The notes under the pieces: model-generated | The model's database searches: none | What the model was told of the DNA's origin: nothing | Seen by the model: the letters and a program-made list of their open reading frames with translations, nothing else | In this document: positions 61,585-64,000 of the stretch, in pieces | How the letters are laid out: each line of letters starts with the position of its first letter | Numbering within the stretch: position 1 is the stretch's first letter | Origin: Podarcis erhardii | Lineage: Eukaryota | Strand: one strand, 5' to 3' | Assembly (NCBI GenBank): GCA_964252035.1 | Contig: OZ176205.1 | Length of the DNA stretch: 64,000 nt | Translations under genes and position numbers: made by a program

Positions 61585-62248
61585 AAATGGCTTTCACTTC
61601 CTGCATTGGCTTTAAACTGCCAATGTTGCTTGATAATTTCGGTGGATCTTTTCTCTTTTCTCTGCATTGCACTCTCTCTCCCAGTTGATCTGTTGAGGAA
61701 AGTTCAGGCACATTTAGTACAATTTGCAAACATCCCAACTCTTTGCTAAGTTTTCACTGTGTGCCCTTGGGAGGGGCCTGTGACTGATTTAGGGGTCATG
61801 CATCAGCCAGTGGAATCTGCTAATCCCGTTAAATGCTAATTCACAAGCTTCAGGCAGGCTTGTGGTTACCTCTACTCCTTCCCTTTATGTGTCAAACCTA
61901 GAAATACTGGCTCCGGAAAGGTCTGCACCATACCAGGGGGTTTGTATTGGAACTTTCATCCTCTTTCCATCCCTTCCTTAGTTTTGTTACTAGAGTCATT
62001 TATAAGACCATTTTATGGTAAAAAAAACAAGCTTAATGTTGTGCCTCAAAGTTCCTCCAGAGCTTTTAAGTACCAGGCCTGGTCCAGAGTCTTCTCAGGT
62101 GTTGTGTGGTGGTTTTCTTCCTGAATTCCTTGTCTGGACACACCCGATACCTTGGGTTCTAGAAAAGGGTTTGTGTTGCATCTAGCACTGAGCTGGATGG
62201 TCTGACCTCTTGTTAACACCTGTCTTTCATTTCTGCTTCTTGGAACAG

Positions 62249-62308
62249 AGAAAGCGCAGGGAATCTGCTTCCAGTTCATCGTCTGTCAAAAAAGTGAAAA
62301 AGCCATGA
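62249..62308 (+). CDS. DMAP1: DMAP1 coding exon 10 (RKRRESASSSSSVKKVKKP-stop), 60 nt
   Basis: cttcttggaacag acceptor; matches the DMAP1 C-terminus; TGA 62306-62308. Ten exons sum to 1392 nt = 463 aa plus stop. Confidence 0.96.
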   Translation, partial: RKRRESASSSSSVKKVKKP

Positions 62309-62870
62309 ATAGCCTGAAGTTCCAGATCCTGGATGTCGGAGGATCAGGACACTGACTGCAGGGGCAAGATGGCTGCATTTGCCAGTATGTGTACATTATG
62401 CTATGGGATTCCTGCAGTGACATTGCCCTCTCTTGTTCCAGAAAAGGATGTTGCTGCCCCAGGTAAATGGGTTGGACTTCCTTGCATTAACAGCCTCATA
62501 CTGGTTGTTGCTGTAGTGATTGTGTTGTATTTCCTATGTCTGATTTTTGTAAACTTCCTTGTAAATACAGAATCCATTACCTCTTGTTCCGTAATCTGAA
62601 TCTAATCCAGCACTTGTGGGTGGGCAGAAGCACCTGTATCTAGTTGCTTTTGTCTAGATAGACCTTGAGCTAGAGTAGGCAGGTGCTGGATCATCAGCTA
62701 GATCTTATGGATTAGAATAGTTTTTATGACGCATGTGAGGCAGGAGGGGACAAACGCACGCCTAAGACTCCCTAGTATAATGCTGCACATGATTAACTAT
62801 CTCACAACTGCAAGGAAGACTAAGGTTGTGGTAGCAGAGACTGCAGTGCAGAGCTACATGGATAAATTAT

Positions 62871-62876
62871 TTTATT
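62871..62876 (-). terminator. Minus-strand AATAAA; candidate poly(A) signal of a convergent gene (ERI3 by recalled mammalian synteny)
   Basis: TTTATT on the + strand. The ERI3 assignment is inference; no ERI3 coding exon is in the window. Confidence 0.4.
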
Positions 62877-62892
62877 GAAAACTTATCTTTGC

Positions 62893-62898
62893 AATAAA
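62893..62898 (+). terminator. Candidate DMAP1 poly(A) signal AATAAA
   Basis: First canonical AATAAA I found after the stop (~585 nt); a variant AATACA near 62566 is an alternative. Confidence 0.5.
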
Positions 62899-64000
62899 AG
62901 AGACATACCTCAGGCTGCTTTGAACATTGAAGGTCTTCCACCTTTTGCAGTGCCACCATTGAAGCATGGTCTTTTTTATGGTCCTAGTTGGGCACCAATT
63001 CTCACACCACCATCCCATTCCCACTGGAAGACATGCTTGCTTGTTTCTGTCTTATTCTCACAGAATGTTCTTCTGGATGCCCACAAAGTTCCTATTTCCC
63101 TCAGTGTTTCATCTAATTATAGAACGGTTGCTTGACTCATGTGCCCTGCATATGAATTAAACAATAGAGTTGAGGAAAAGAACCCCATACTGTATCTTAG
63201 GTGATGCATTCATTCGTTGCAGGAGGTATTTCCTGCTCTGATGAGAGGGGGTCATGCCTCTGCCAAGATGTTGCCTGCTCTCCATGTATTTTTCTAAGTC
63301 CTTATAGTAAAAATAATTTAGATCTTCCGTTTGATTTAAGCAGTGGCACCTTTTTAGTTAAACAAATTTTCAATATCAATTTAGCGAGCCAATTTAATGC
63401 TGCATCCCTAGTTTTCTCATCTCTCTGGTAGGTGAGGTACCCTCCCATATCTGTTAAGAGTAGCCAGAATTATTCTGTGTTATATTGTGGACATACATAC
63501 CCATACTGAGTGTCACGGTGAGTTCTTTGTGCTAACATAAAAAAGTAGTTCTACAGACTCTTTTAACAGGACAATCCTGTGTGTGTTTACTTGGAAGGAA
63601 GTTCCATTTTGTTCAGTGTGTTCACGGTTGCCTTTTCCTGTTGTAGCCTGCTGCACGCAGACCAGTATCTCTTATACCCTCCAGAGGCGACTTGGTGTGT
63701 GATAATTGTGTTGATTAGTGACCAATGGAGCAACCAGCTGTAAGCATGCTGGTTTTCCAAGAACCAAGAAGTATCCATTTCTCATTGCTAGACTCAGCTT
63801 CAGCTGTGAAGGTTTGGTTTGGTAGTGTAGGGTTGAATATTCCAAGTCAGTATAATTAAGCCTGTGTATACAATTGCAGGAAAGGCTATGTTTTGCTATT
63901 AAATATAGAATTCAGCACCAAGAAGGAAGTTTCTAGCCCATAAGCTTTTACAAAGGTCACCTTGAAAGTGTGTGAGTATCTCTGGTGAGATCTCTGAAGC

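Noticed and set aside
1-64000. CRISPR arrays, operons, defence systems, rRNA, tRNA or snoRNA genes
   Set aside because: The sequence is vertebrate with spliceosomal introns. No repeat-spacer array, cloverleaf or convincing C/D or H/ACA layout was seen; tRNA-like boxes occur only in SINE heads.
62900-64000. ERI3 coding exon on the minus strand
   Set aside because: No frame resembling the ERI3 C-terminus was found, so only UTR can be inferred.

Overview
Vertebrate (not microbial) genomic DNA, most likely from a lacertid-type lizard: it carries a Sauria SINE with a lacertid-like head, plus squamate L2/CR1 LINE relics and hAT, Tc1/mariner and Harbinger-like MITEs. The only gene I can support is DMAP1 (DNA methyltransferase 1-associated protein 1, SWC4/EAF2 orthologue) on the + strand. 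It has ten GT-AG coding exons from 33199 to 62308 that join phase-correctly into 1392 nt (463 aa plus stop), a probable non-coding first exon and a CpG-rich promoter near 30.3-30.7 kb. The first ~30 kb has no recognisable gene and is dense in transposon remnants. Almost all ORFs in the supplied track are chance or repeat-derived. No CRISPR array, rRNA, tRNA gene or intact autonomous element was seen. The most interesting leads are inferred from hand-read motifs and are untested: (1) a 24-nt in-frame microexon candidate with SRRM4-type UGC motifs in the 12.4-kb intron 7; (2) a 15-nt microexon or recursive AG|GT site in the same intron; (3) stop-containing cassette exon candidates in introns 7 and 9; (4) CpG-retaining, homeodomain/PBX/MEIS-motif-rich intronic blocks suggesting DMAP1 hosts enhancers for a neighbour; (5) two back-to-back convergent poly(A) signals, probably DMAP1 and ERI3; (6) a hAT MITE family carrying paired ZNF143/THAP11 motifs; (7) two long near-perfect hairpins. 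Coordinates were counted by hand; repeat boundaries without target-site duplications are approximate.
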